From NCBI GenBank assembly GCA_017631085.1, contig JAGBTY010000017.1, positions 77,448 to 141,447 on the forward strand: a DNA stretch of 64,000 nucleotides, given 5' to 3'. The position numbers and the translations under genes are program-made. The DNA comes from Clostridia bacterium. GTDB lineage: Bacteria > Bacillota > Clostridia > Oscillospirales > CAG-272. Shown here piece by piece: positions 38,903-48,347 of this stretch; position 1 is the first letter of the stretch; each line of letters opens with the position of its first letter. The notes below the pieces were generated by a model. That model saw nothing but the letters and a program-made list of their open reading frames with translations. It was not told where the DNA came from and searched no databases.

Positions 38903-39109
38903 ATGAAAATAAAATTCGTCAATCAACCCGATCCGGTGCGTATAATGAAGATACTTGCTGATCTTATGACAGATGAAAGCGGGGGAGAATACATATATGA
39001 GGTATGCAAAGACGGAAAACCGATAATCGAAGAAGAGAGCAACCAAAAAGAAGCCGATATTAAAAACGAGAATGACGTAGAAAAGGAAAAAGATACCGAA
39101 ATGGTTTAA
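38903..39109 (+). CDS. Small acidic hypothetical protein of the element
   Basis: 68 aa, strong RBS GGAGGGG, first substantial ORF downstream of the rightward promoter. Confidence 0.65.
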   Translation: MKIKFVNQPDPVRIMKILADLMTDESGGEYIYEVCKDGKPIIEEESNQKEADIKNENDVEKEKDTEMV

Positions 39110-39136
39110 AAATGCAGGAGGCATCTTTTCGATCAA

Positions 39137-40117
39137 CTATGCCAAATTGTTTTTGCAGGAACCTTTCGTTGAAAATTCGATAATATTTTCCACGGTAGTT
39201 TCGGCAATGTTATTGAGAGCTTCCTCGGTGAGAAAGGCTTGATGAGATGTGACGATAACGTTTGGCATGGAAATGAGCCTTGCAAGAGTGTCATCGTCCA
39301 TGATATGCCCGGAGTTGTCTCTGAAGAAAACGTCCGATTCTTCCTCGTAAACGTCAAGACACGCGGCACCTACCCGGCGGTCTTTTATGCTTTCGATAAG
39401 GGCATTGGTATCGATCAACGCTCCCCGAGAGGTGTTCACGATAATGACTCCTTTTTTCATCATATCAAGAGTTTTTTCGTTGATAATATGATATGTTTCC
39501 TCGGTCAAGGGGCAGTGGAGAGATATAATGTCGCTGTCTTGGAAAATAGTGTCGGTATCTGTATAGGTAACATCAAGAGATTTGTTGGGAAATTTGTCAT
39601 AGGCTAAAATATTCATACCAAAGCCGCGGCAAAGGTCGATAAAGGCTCTGCCTATTCTTCCTGTGCCAATAACGCCCACGGTTTTTCCGTGAAGGTCAAA
39701 TCCGGCAAGTCCTGTGAGGCTGAAGTTAAAATCCTTGCTTCTGATATATGCCTTGTGTATACGTCGTACGGAGCAAAGGAGCAGAGCCATGGCATGTTCG
39801 GCAACGGCGTAGGGGGAATAAGCGGGAACGTGAAGGACAGCTATCTGCCTCTCACGTGCGCGGTCAAGGTCTACGTTGTTAAATCCCGCGCATCGAAGAG
39901 CGATGATCTTCACGTCAAGCTCGGAAAGTTTATCTATGACAGCGGCATTTACAGTATCGTTAACGAAAACGCAAACCGCTTCAGCGCCTTTGGCGAGAGC
40001 ACAGGTGTCGAGCGATAGCTTTGTTTCGAAATATTTGATCGAAATATTCGCTGTGTCTTTTATTTTGTCAAATGAGGCGATATCGTATGGCTTTGTGTCA
40101 AAAAAAGCTATTTTCAT
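39137..40117 (-). CDS. ldhA: D-lactate dehydrogenase-like 2-hydroxyacid dehydrogenase
   Basis: MKIAFFDTKPYD, LRCAGFNNVD, GTGRIG, NTSRGALID, TSHQAFLT. Confidence 0.88.
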   Translation of the reverse strand: MKIAFFDTKPYDIASFDKIKDTANISIKYFETKLSLDTCALAKGAEAVCVFVNDTVNAAVIDKLSELDVKIIALRCAGFNNVDLDRARERQIAVLHVPAYSPYAVAEHAMALLLCSVRRIHKAYIRSKDFNFSLTGLAGFDLHGKTVGVIGTGRIGRAFIDLCRGFGMNILAYDKFPNKSLDVTYTDTDTIFQDSDIISLHCPLTEETYHIINEKTLDMMKKGVIIVNTSRGALIDTNALIESIKDRRVGAACLDVYEEESDVFFRDNSGHIMDDDTLARLISMPNVIVTSHQAFLTEEALNNIAETTVENIIEFSTKGSCKNNLA

Positions 40118-40492
40118 AAAAACTCCAAAAATTATAATTCTAAAGTATTTTTAATCCGAGAGCGATGTAAGAGAATATGCTCTCGGATGTAATTATTTTA
40201 TCATGTCGCGCGTGATTTTTCAAGTGTATTTGACTTTAAATGGAAAAATTTACGTTTAATCGCAAAACAAATCAGTCCATACCTATTTTTTGCAAAAAGT
40301 TGTAGTTTATTCATAGCCGTTTAAGCTTGAATAGTATTTGATTTTAAGGGACGGCAATTTTTGAAAAAATGTTAAAAAGTCCATGTTTTCTTAAAAAATA
40401 TTCACTTTTGTACATTTACAAAAGAGTTTTAATATGATAAAATTATATTGACAAGGTCCGTAAAGGGCAAAAATAAAATGTGAGGTACGAAA

Positions 40493-42301
40493 ATGAGAAA
40501 GAATAATCTTGTAGGTGAATATCCCGTTATCGGTATCCGTCCTTGTATCGACGGCAGACGCGGAATACTTGGCGTCCGCGAATCTCTTGAAGATCAGACT
40601 ATGAATATGGCGAAGAGCGCTGCAAAGCTCTTCCGTGAAAATCTCCGCTATTCCGACGGAACGCCAGTTAAGGTAGTTATTGCTGACACCACTATCGGAC
40701 GAGTTGGAGAGACAGCAGCTTGCGCTGAAAAGTTCAGACGTGAGGGTGTTTCCATTACCCTTTCGGTAACTCCTTGTTGGTGCTACGGCTCGGAAACTAT
40801 GGACATGGACACACAGACTATAAAGGGTGTTTGGGGATTTAACGGAACAGAGCGTCCCGGTGCGGTATACCTTGCAGCTGTTCTTGCGGCTCATGCACAA
40901 AAGGGACTTCCTGCATTTGGAATCTACGGTAAGGACGTTCAGGATATGGACGACACTTCTATTCCCGATGACGTAAAGGAAAAGCTCCTCCGCTTTGGTA
41001 GAGCAGCGATCGCTGCAGCAACCATGAGAGGCAAATCCTATCTCCAGATAGGCTCTCTCTGTATGGGCATTGCGGGCTCTCAAATAAATACCGACTTTAT
41101 AGAGGACTATCTTGGAATGAGAGTTGAATCGGTTGACGAGGTCGAGGTAATTCGCCGTATGACCGAGGGCATCTACGACAAAGACGAGTATGAAAGAGCA
41201 ATTGCTTGGGCAAAAGAAAACTGCATTATAGGCTTTGACAAGAATCCTGACTTTATCCGCAGAAGCGACGAGCAGAAGGATAAGGACCTTGAGTTCTGTG
41301 TTCTTACCGCAATGATAATTCAGGACCTTATGAACGGAAACGAAAAGCTTCCCAAGGGTTGTGAGGAAGAGAGAGTCGGACATAATGCAATTGCAGCGGG
41401 CTTCCAGGGCCAGAGACAGTGGACAGACTTTTATCCTAACTGTGATTTCGGTGAGGCGATACTCAATTCTTCCTTCGACTGGAACGGAACGAGAGAGCCC
41501 TACATACTTGCAACAGAAAACGATACGCTCAACGGTATCGGTATGCTTTTTATGAAGCTGCTTACCAACCGTCCTCAGATATTTGCAGACGTACGTACCT
41601 ATTGGTCGGCTGACGCTGTAAGACGCGCTACGGGCGGATATGAAATAGAAGGCAGAGCAAAGGAGGCAGGCGGATTTATTCACCTTATCAATTCGGGTGC
41701 AGCTTGTCTTGATGCAAACTGCCGCGCGACAGACGAGAACGGAAACGGTATCATGAAGGAATGGTACGACGTGACCGAAGAGGACAAGAAGGCTATCATG
41801 GCAAACGTTGAGTGGTGTCCCGCTGACAACGGATATTTCAGAGGCGGCGGATTCTCATCGAGATTCGTTACGAAGGCAGAAATTCCTTGTACTATGATCC
41901 GTCTCAATATGGTAAAGGGACTTGGTCCTGTACTTCAGATAGCCGAGGGTTATACCATTGATCTTCCTGATGAAGTCACCGATGTTCTTTGGAAGAGAAC
42001 AGACTATACATGGCCTTGTACTTGGTTCGCACCTATATGCGACGGACGCGAGGGCTCGCCTTTCGAGAACGCATACGAGGTCATGAACCATTGGGGAGCA
42101 AATCACGGAGCTATCAGCTACGGACATATCGGAGCTGACCTTATCACTCTCTGTTCCATGCTCCGCATACCCGTTTGTATGCACAACGTGCCCGAAAAGG
42201 ACATCTTCCGCCCTGCAGTATGGAATGCATTCGGCTCGGACAAGGAAGGACAGGATTACAGAGCTTGTGCGGCATACGGCCCTCTCTTTAAGAAGAACTG
42301 A
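40493..42301 (+). CDS. fucI: L-fucose isomerase
   Basis: [41 protein letters not shown]. Confidence 0.96.
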   Translation: MRKNNLVGEYPVIGIRPCIDGRRGILGVRESLEDQTMNMAKSAAKLFRENLRYSDGTPVKVVIADTTIGRVGETAACAEKFRREGVSITLSVTPCWCYGSETMDMDTQTIKGVWGFNGTERPGAVYLAAVLAAHAQKGLPAFGIYGKDVQDMDDTSIPDDVKEKLLRFGRAAIAAATMRGKSYLQIGSLCMGIAGSQINTDFIEDYLGMRVESVDEVEVIRRMTEGIYDKDEYERAIAWAKENCIIGFDKNPDFIRRSDEQKDKDLEFCVLTAMIIQDLMNGNEKLPKGCEEERVGHNAIAAGFQGQRQWTDFYPNCDFGEAILNSSFDWNGTREPYILATENDTLNGIGMLFMKLLTNRPQIFADVRTYWSADAVRRATGGYEIEGRAKEAGGFIHLINSGAACLDANCRATDENGNGIMKEWYDVTEEDKKAIMANVEWCPADNGYFRGGGFSSRFVTKAEIPCTMIRLNMVKGLGPVLQIAEGYTIDLPDEVTDVLWKRTDYTWPCTWFAPICDGREGSPFENAYEVMNHWGANHGAISYGHIGADLITLCSMLRIPVCMHNVPEKDIFRPAVWNAFGSDKEGQDYRACAAYGPLFKKN

Positions 42302-42312
42302 TGAGGTAGGTT

Positions 42313-43554
42313 ATGGATCGCTCTAAAAATAAACTTTATGGCGATGGAATACACGATGACCTTCCTGCAATTCAGGAAATGATAGATAGTGGAAAAGGGG
42401 AGCTTCGGCTTCCCTTTCCTGAAAAATGCTATCTTATAACCGCTCCCATTGTTATTCCATCTAATTTCAAGCTGGTACTTCCAAGATTTGCAGAGATAAA
42501 GCTTAAGGGCGGATCGAATTGCTTTATGCTTCAGAATAAGACTGTCGCTAAGCCAGAAAAGAGATTGAGAGACTACATTCCTTCCGACACCAAGGAGCTT
42601 TGGAAATTTTACGACCTTCTCTCTCCTGACGAGAATGATACCTGTCACGATTTTGAGATAGAGGGAGGCATCTGGAATTTCAATAATATGAACCAGAAGC
42701 CAAATCCCATATACTTGCGTGAATATGACGAAAACAACTATCTTGGACACTGCATGTTTTTCTATAACGTCAAAAATTTCAGGCTGTCAAATATGACCAT
42801 TAAAGATCCTGCCAATTACGCGGTGATGATCGACACAGGCTCGTATTTTACCGTGGAAAATATTGTTTTTGATTTCAACGATGGAAACCCCATAGCCTCC
42901 AATATGGACGGAATACACCTTAATGGAAGCTGTCATTTCGGAACTATCCGTAATCTTAGGGGGGCATGTTACGACGACCTTGTGGCTCTCAATGCTTACG
43001 AGGGATCGGCGGGCGACATTACAGATATCGAGATAGACGGACTTTTTGCCGAGGGTTGTCACAGTGCTGTCAGACTTCTGACGGTGGAGCAGAACGTAAG
43101 AAATATACGCATCTCAAACGTGTACGGAACGTACTACCAGTATTGTATTGGTCTTACCAAGTTTTATGCCGGAAAAACCACCGGTTGTTTTGATGCCATT
43201 ACTCTTGACGGGATATATGCCTCAAAAGCAAAGAGATTGCCAATACAAGAAGCGCACATGACCGATAAAAGCTATTCCTTCCCGTTTGTTTGGATTCAGG
43301 AGGATACGGTAGTAAAGTCCTTGACTGTAAACGAGCTTCACCGCAGGGAATATGTAAACACGGCGGATACGATACACATAGGAAAGGGTGCACTGGTCGA
43401 GAAAATGACGCTTGGTACGGTGACGGTCGAAAATCATGTGGGAGGACATCTTGCTACGTTTGTAAATAACGGCAGGATAGGAAAGCTTGTTGCGGGCGGA
43501 CTGTCTCGGTCGGACATGGAGGGCGACGGCGAGATCGAGACTGTATGTATTTAA
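42313..43554 (+). CDS. Right-handed beta-helix protein, GH28/pectate-lyase-3-like
   Basis: GDGIHDDLPAIQ, NMDGIHLNG, YDDLVALNA; no signal peptide. Confidence 0.7.
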   Translation: MDRSKNKLYGDGIHDDLPAIQEMIDSGKGELRLPFPEKCYLITAPIVIPSNFKLVLPRFAEIKLKGGSNCFMLQNKTVAKPEKRLRDYIPSDTKELWKFYDLLSPDENDTCHDFEIEGGIWNFNNMNQKPNPIYLREYDENNYLGHCMFFYNVKNFRLSNMTIKDPANYAVMIDTGSYFTVENIVFDFNDGNPIASNMDGIHLNGSCHFGTIRNLRGACYDDLVALNAYEGSAGDITDIEIDGLFAEGCHSAVRLLTVEQNVRNIRISNVYGTYYQYCIGLTKFYAGKTTGCFDAITLDGIYASKAKRLPIQEAHMTDKSYSFPFVWIQEDTVVKSLTVNELHRREYVNTADTIHIGKGALVEKMTLGTVTVENHVGGHLATFVNNGRIGKLVAGGLSRSDMEGDGEIETVCI

Positions 43555-43700
43555 TAAAAAAGGAGCTTTCGCTTGAAAGCCCCTTTTTTTATATTGGAGG
43601 GGGGAGATAATTTTCTATTAAATAAAATAAAAAACACTTGCGTAATTATAAAATGAATGATATAATAGTATTTGTAAATATGTTATTGGAGGACATAATC

Positions 43701-44984
43701 ATGAATATTGAACAGACAAAAAAGGCTTTACGTGAGGGTGCTATTGACGAGAAAATTGCTTATATTTACGGCAAAGAGGCAGTAGAGGCTCAAAAAGCAA
43801 GATATGAAGCGGCTATCAACGAGTTTGCCGCAATATACGGTGCTGACAGAGAAATTTCTCTTTTCTCGGTTGCAGGAAGAAGTGAGCTTTCGGGCAACCA
43901 CACAGACCATAACCACGGATGTGTTATAGCGGCATCTATCGACCTTGATATAATTGCTGTCGCATCAGAGAGAGAGGACAGCGTTATTCGCGTTAAGAGC
44001 GCGGGATTCCCCGAGGACGTTGTCGATATATCTGAATATACTGCTCCTGTAGAGAAAAAATTCGGCTCGTCGGAATCTATAATTGCGGGAATGTGCGCAG
44101 GATTTCGTAAGGACGGATATTCGGTAGGAGGATTTGATGCATATACTACCTCAAGCGTTCTTAAGGGGTCGGGACTTTCTTCTTCCGCGGCTTTTGAGGA
44201 TATGATAGGAAATATCCTCAGCCATTTCTACAACGATGGCGGTGTAGATAACGTAGAGATAGCAAAGCTTGCGCAGTATTCCGAGAACGTATTCTTCGGT
44301 AAGCCCTGCGGACTTATGGATCAGGTCGCTTGTGCTGTTGGCGGTATTGTAGCTATTGATTTTAAAGATCCCAAGACTCCTGTTATCGAAAAGATGGGGG
44401 TTGACATTTCCGGACATGGATTTAATCTTTGTATTGTAAATACGGGTGGAAACCATGCAGACCTTACAGACGACTATGCATCTGTACCTGCTGAAATGAA
44501 GTCGGTTGCAAAACTTCTCGGCTGTGAGGTGCTTCGTGATGCCGATGAGGATAAGCTTATGTCTTCTGCCGCTTCAATTCGTGAGCAGGTGGGCGACAGA
44601 GCGCTTCTTCGTGCATTCCACTTCTTTAATGAAAACCGCAGAGTTGCAAAGCAAAAGGCAGCTCTTATGGCAGAGGACCTTGATGCCTTTTTCGAGCAGG
44701 TAAAGGCTTCGGGACGCTCTTCATTCTGCTATTTGCAGAACGTATATACGACCAAGAACGTAAACGAACAGGGACTTTCTTTAGCTCTCTGCGTTGCTGA
44801 AAATTACCTTTCGGACAAGAGAGGTGCTTTCAGAGTTCACGGAGGCGGATTTGCGGGAACGATACAGGCATTTGTGGCTTCAAATGAAGTAGAAGGCTTC
44901 CGTCAGAGAATGGATAGCATATTCGGAGACGGAAAGTGCATAGTGCTCAGAATCCGTCCCGTTGGAGCAGTAAAAGTATTTTAA
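43701..44984 (+). CDS. galK: Galactokinase
   Basis: GRSELSGNHTDHN, GSGLSSSAA, GKPCGLMDQ, RVHGGGFAG. Confidence 0.9.
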   Translation: MNIEQTKKALREGAIDEKIAYIYGKEAVEAQKARYEAAINEFAAIYGADREISLFSVAGRSELSGNHTDHNHGCVIAASIDLDIIAVASEREDSVIRVKSAGFPEDVVDISEYTAPVEKKFGSSESIIAGMCAGFRKDGYSVGGFDAYTTSSVLKGSGLSSSAAFEDMIGNILSHFYNDGGVDNVEIAKLAQYSENVFFGKPCGLMDQVACAVGGIVAIDFKDPKTPVIEKMGVDISGHGFNLCIVNTGGNHADLTDDYASVPAEMKSVAKLLGCEVLRDADEDKLMSSAASIREQVGDRALLRAFHFFNENRRVAKQKAALMAEDLDAFFEQVKASGRSSFCYLQNVYTTKNVNEQGLSLALCVAENYLSDKRGAFRVHGGGFAGTIQAFVASNEVEGFRQRMDSIFGDGKCIVLRIRPVGAVKVF

Positions 44985-45002
44985 TTTAAAAAGAGAGTGC
45001 AA

Positions 45003-45788
45003 ATGGGAAAAAATTACAGGCTTGTTGCTCTCTATTCGGGTTCACGAGGCAATGCGACCTACTTTTCGGCAAAGGGTACGTCGATACTCATAGATGCTGG
45101 GAAAAGCGCATCAGCTCTTTCCTCTGCACTTAAAAGCATCGGCTCGTCTATTGACGAGATAAGCGCTGTGTTTGTTACCCACGAGCATTGTGACCATACT
45201 TCAGCTCTTGATGTTATTTCAAAAAAATCACCGAGACCGATACATATAATGGAAGGGTCGGCGCAGCTTTTTGACAGACGTCCCGATTCATTCGTGCATA
45301 ACGCTATGATACGTCACGGTGAGCTTTTTTCGGAAAGGATCGGAGAGCTTACGATAAAAGCTTTCAGGACCTCTCACGACAGTCGAATGAGTGTAGGTTA
45401 CAGAATAGAATTTGAGGACGGCGGGGAGAATGTAGCGGTGGGAGTTGCCACCGATATGGGATACGTGTCCGACGAGGTCATAGAAGGGCTTTCGGGTTGC
45501 GAAGCGGTGGTGATTGAGGCAAATCACGACGTGGAGATGCTAAAGGAGGGAAGATATCCCTACGAGCTAAAAAAGAGGATACTCTCGAGGAAAGGACATC
45601 TTTCAAACACCGATAGCGCATCTCTTGCTCTGACACTTGCTGACAGAGGAACAAAGGGATTTATACTTGCGCATTTGAGCGAGGAAAATAATCGTCCTGA
45701 AATAGCATACGACGAGATAAGCTCTGTACTTGCGGATGTGGACGTCAGACTTGCAGTAGCAACACCAGATGCCCCTGTGGAGCTTTAA
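45003..45788 (+). CDS. MBL-fold metallo-hydrolase (YycJ/WalJ-like)
   Basis: SGSRGNA, THEHCDH, EANHD, GHLSN, LAHLSEENN; precedes rlmH. Confidence 0.88.
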   Translation: MGKNYRLVALYSGSRGNATYFSAKGTSILIDAGKSASALSSALKSIGSSIDEISAVFVTHEHCDHTSALDVISKKSPRPIHIMEGSAQLFDRRPDSFVHNAMIRHGELFSERIGELTIKAFRTSHDSRMSVGYRIEFEDGGENVAVGVATDMGYVSDEVIEGLSGCEAVVIEANHDVEMLKEGRYPYELKKRILSRKGHLSNTDSASLALTLADRGTKGFILAHLSEENNRPEIAYDEISSVLADVDVRLAVATPDAPVEL

Positions 45789-45796
45789 GGAGAAAA

Positions 45797-46276
45797 ATGG
45801 TAAACGTAAAGCTGATAACGGTAGGAAATCTCAAAGAAAGTTATTTGCGTGAAGCAGCAGCCGAGTACGTAAAAAGGCTTGGAGGCTTTTGCAAATTCGA
45901 GGAGATACAGCTAAAAGAGGAAAGAGTGTCGGAAGATCCGAGTGAGAACGAAATAAAGAACGTTCTTGAAAAGGAAGCCGATAAAATACTTCGAGAGCTG
46001 CCGACGAGAGCACTTAAGATTGCCATGTGTGTTGAAGGCAAACAATATTCTTCGGAGGAGCTTGCGAGACTGCTCGATAAGGGTGCAGAGGAAGCGGGAA
46101 GCATATGCTTTATTATCGGAAGCTCATACGGACTTTCGGAAAGAGTAAAGTCGAGCTGTGACATTCGTATGTCGGTGTCAAAGCTGACCTTTCCCCATCA
46201 GCTCATGAGAGTGTTGCTTCTTGAAGCGGTATACAGAGGATTTAATATTTCAAAGGGTACGAAGTACCATAAATAA
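45797..46276 (+). CDS. rlmH: 23S rRNA (pseudouridine1915-N3)-methyltransferase
   Basis: FIIGSSYGL, LTFPHQLMRVLLLEAVYRGF, KYHK end. Confidence 0.96.
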   Translation: MVNVKLITVGNLKESYLREAAAEYVKRLGGFCKFEEIQLKEERVSEDPSENEIKNVLEKEADKILRELPTRALKIAMCVEGKQYSSEELARLLDKGAEEAGSICFIIGSSYGLSERVKSSCDIRMSVSKLTFPHQLMRVLLLEAVYRGFNISKGTKYHK

Positions 46277-46356
46277 CAAAAAAGCAAGGCGTGAAATACC
46301 GCCTTGTTTTTTTTATAGTCATATCTACCGTTTTCGAAAATTTTATTCCTTTAACC

Positions 46357-46926
46357 GCGCGGGACGCCGAGGACGTCGTCCCCTACAATTAAATAAGGAA
46401 AAACCCGAAAAAGAGGTTAACCATATGTTCACGTCGAGAGGTATGTATAAAATTTATTCTATCTCGGTGTGCGGACAGTCGAGACGCCTGTCCCTACAAT
46501 CAAATATAGGTGTTCCTCAAAAATATTGGTTAACCCCTCGTTTACGGCGAACGATATGTGAAAATTATATCTATTCACCGTAGGGGACGACGTCCTCGGC
46601 GTCCCGCAAAAACAATGGTTCTCGCGAAACACATATAATATTTTTTATGCGTTGACAAATAGCTCCAAGCATGATATAATAAATATGCCAAACAAACTTA
46701 ATATACAGTCAAGGTCGGAATCCAATCCTTCAAAATGATGAAGCTTGCCTTTCTTCCCTTCGGCGCTTCTGTAAATAACCCTCGGAAATAAATACATTAA
46801 TTAAAAAAGACCACCTGCACGATGCAGATGGTCTTTTTTTCAGGATTTTACCCTTTCATCGCGCGGGACGCCGAGGACGTCGTGAGACGGGACGCCGAGG
46901 ACGTCGTCCCCTACAATTAAATAAGG
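46357..46926. repeat. Cluster of GTAG-type REP-like palindromes
   Basis: GTAGGGGACGACGTCCTCGGCGTCCCG at 46580 (+); reverse copies at 46357-46386 and 46888-46914; truncated copy 46861-46883; variant 46471-46497. Confidence 0.88.
46687..46840 (+). ncRNA. Candidate small RNA (about 150 nt)
   Basis: TTGACA(46652)-17-TATAAT(46675) and terminator AAAAAAGACCACCTGC..GCAGATGGTCTTTTTT; no RBS-led ORF between them. Confidence 0.55.
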
Positions 46927-47966
46927 CCCCCCTTGCAATTACATAAAAATTGAGAAATGACAAGAAGTAAAAGAAAGGAAATGGCGGACGCGAGCAGCTT
47001 GGCACAGAAAAGGGGAAGATATTTTACCGTCTCGCCGTTTTTTGTGTCGCATACGCTGATTATCTGAAAATGCACCGACAGTCCTGAAAAACCGAGAATC
47101 GCTCCGTATAAGGACAAAAGGACGGAGTGTGGCAGTGCGGTATCAAGTGAAAAGAGTCCGCCTGTAAGCTCGAGAGCTCCGAAAATGAGTGAGATAATGG
47201 CGTCGGGCATAGAAAAATACGACTTGAATATTGCTCCGAGGCTTCCCGATACGGTTGAAAAAAATGTGACGAAGCCGCAAACGTAAAGCATGGCAAGTGA
47301 GGAGGACTTGACCGACTCTGTAAGCAACAAGGCAATCGATGGGGTAGTTGTTTTTTTTTCTTTCAAATAATAAGATGCTTTTTCGGAAAAGGACGGAGGA
47401 AATGCCCACTTTGCTATAACTCCAACCATAATTGACGATAAAACTATTGCCGAATAGAGCAAAATTCCTATTTTTGTGCTTCCTAACCGTTCTCTCCCAA
47501 GAGTTATTACAGTAAACGCAAGTCCTGCGTTTGACGAAAGACAGACGAGTCTTGTCAGCTCAGACAAGGTCAGCTTTCCTTGCTCGTAAAGACTCATTCC
47601 CATCCTTGCACCGATAGGAAAACCGCATAGTGTTCCAACAACGAAGGCGCATCCTGCGTCACCCGACATACCGAGTATTTTACGTGACGGTTTTTCGAGA
47701 AGCCTTGCAGGATATGAAGCAAGACCCGATTTCACAGATAGCTCTGACACTATCATAAAGGGAAAGAGTGATGGCAGAAGGCTTCCGACACAAAGAGACA
47801 GTCCTTTTTTTACGGAGGCAGTTGCGATCGCCGGATTTTTTAGAAGAAGGAAAAGGATAAATCCACACATAAGAGCGGATATGATAGGTTTTTTTGCAAC
47901 ACTATCCCGATTTGTCTTTAAAGGTTTATATCTGTTTTTTGTGACGTGTATTTCCTCTCGTGTCAT
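46917..47966 (-). CDS. ylbJ: Sporulation integral membrane protein YlbJ-like
   Basis: LLPSLFPFMIVSEL, GTLCGFPIGA, LELTGG, GFSGLSVHFQ; start reassigned to ATG 47966 with GAGGG RBS. Confidence 0.8.
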   Translation of the reverse strand: MTREEIHVTKNRYKPLKTNRDSVAKKPIISALMCGFILFLLLKNPAIATASVKKGLSLCVGSLLPSLFPFMIVSELSVKSGLASYPARLLEKPSRKILGMSGDAGCAFVVGTLCGFPIGARMGMSLYEQGKLTLSELTRLVCLSSNAGLAFTVITLGRERLGSTKIGILLYSAIVLSSIMVGVIAKWAFPPSFSEKASYYLKEKKTTTPSIALLLTESVKSSSLAMLYVCGFVTFFSTVSGSLGAIFKSYFSMPDAIISLIFGALELTGGLFSLDTALPHSVLLSLYGAILGFSGLSVHFQIISVCDTKNGETVKYLPLFCAKLLASAISFLLLLVISQFLCNCKGGLI

Positions 47967-48053
47967 TTGGAGTACCCTCTTTCGCATAAAATAAATTGCT
48001 GTTTGGTTAAAATTTACGGACAGTTGGATAATTTTATGCGGGAGGTCATGGGT

Positions 48054-48347
48054 ATGAAAGAAAAAAAGAAAGACAAGGGAGCTCTTGAGCGTATATGTCG
48101 CCGTTTTGATATTCCATGCGACGTACTTCCCGGGGGAAGTCTTGTTACGGTACGCGGCAGAGGTCAGGTGACAGTGGGCGGAAGCCGAAGAATACTCGAA
48201 TATACAAAAGAGAGGATAAGGATAGGTTTGTCCTCCGGGCAGGTGGTCATATGCGGAAGAGAGCTTGAGTGTATATCCTACGGAGTTGGGCAAATATCTG
48301 CCGAGGGAATCATTGATTCGGTAAGCTTTTCGGAGGAGGATTTTTAA
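48054..48347 (+). CDS. yqfC: YabP/YqfC-family sporulation protein
   Basis: RRILEYTKERIRI..ICGRELE..GIIDSVSF; directly upstream of yqfD. Confidence 0.82.
   Translation: MKEKKKDKGALERICRRFDIPCDVLPGGSLVTVRGRGQVTVGGSRRILEYTKERIRIGLSSGQVVICGRELECISYGVGQISAEGIIDSVSFSEEDF

Larger units (their letters stand above)
36011..39109. mobile_element. Integrative element module (large serine recombinase, ImmA, ImmR-like repressor, switch, small ORF); right end undefined
   Basis: Recombinase 3' end about 70 bp from the ATPase break; int-immA-xre order typical of Firmicutes temperate elements. Confidence 0.75.

Noticed and set aside
36082-39109. Complete prophage or ICE
   Set aside because: No replication, structural, lysis or conjugation genes are visible.
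40391-41683. 430-aa antisense ORF
   Set aside because: Shadow of fucI.
46250-46320. rlmH 3' end as an occupied serine-recombinase integration site or as the partner att of the 36 kb element
   Set aside because: No recombinase or cargo follows, the rlmH end is not duplicated, and I see no similarity to the 36010 junction.
46357-46926. Possible CRISPR array
   Set aside because: Copies are in both orientations, irregularly spaced, and have no cas genes nearby; they fit REP elements.
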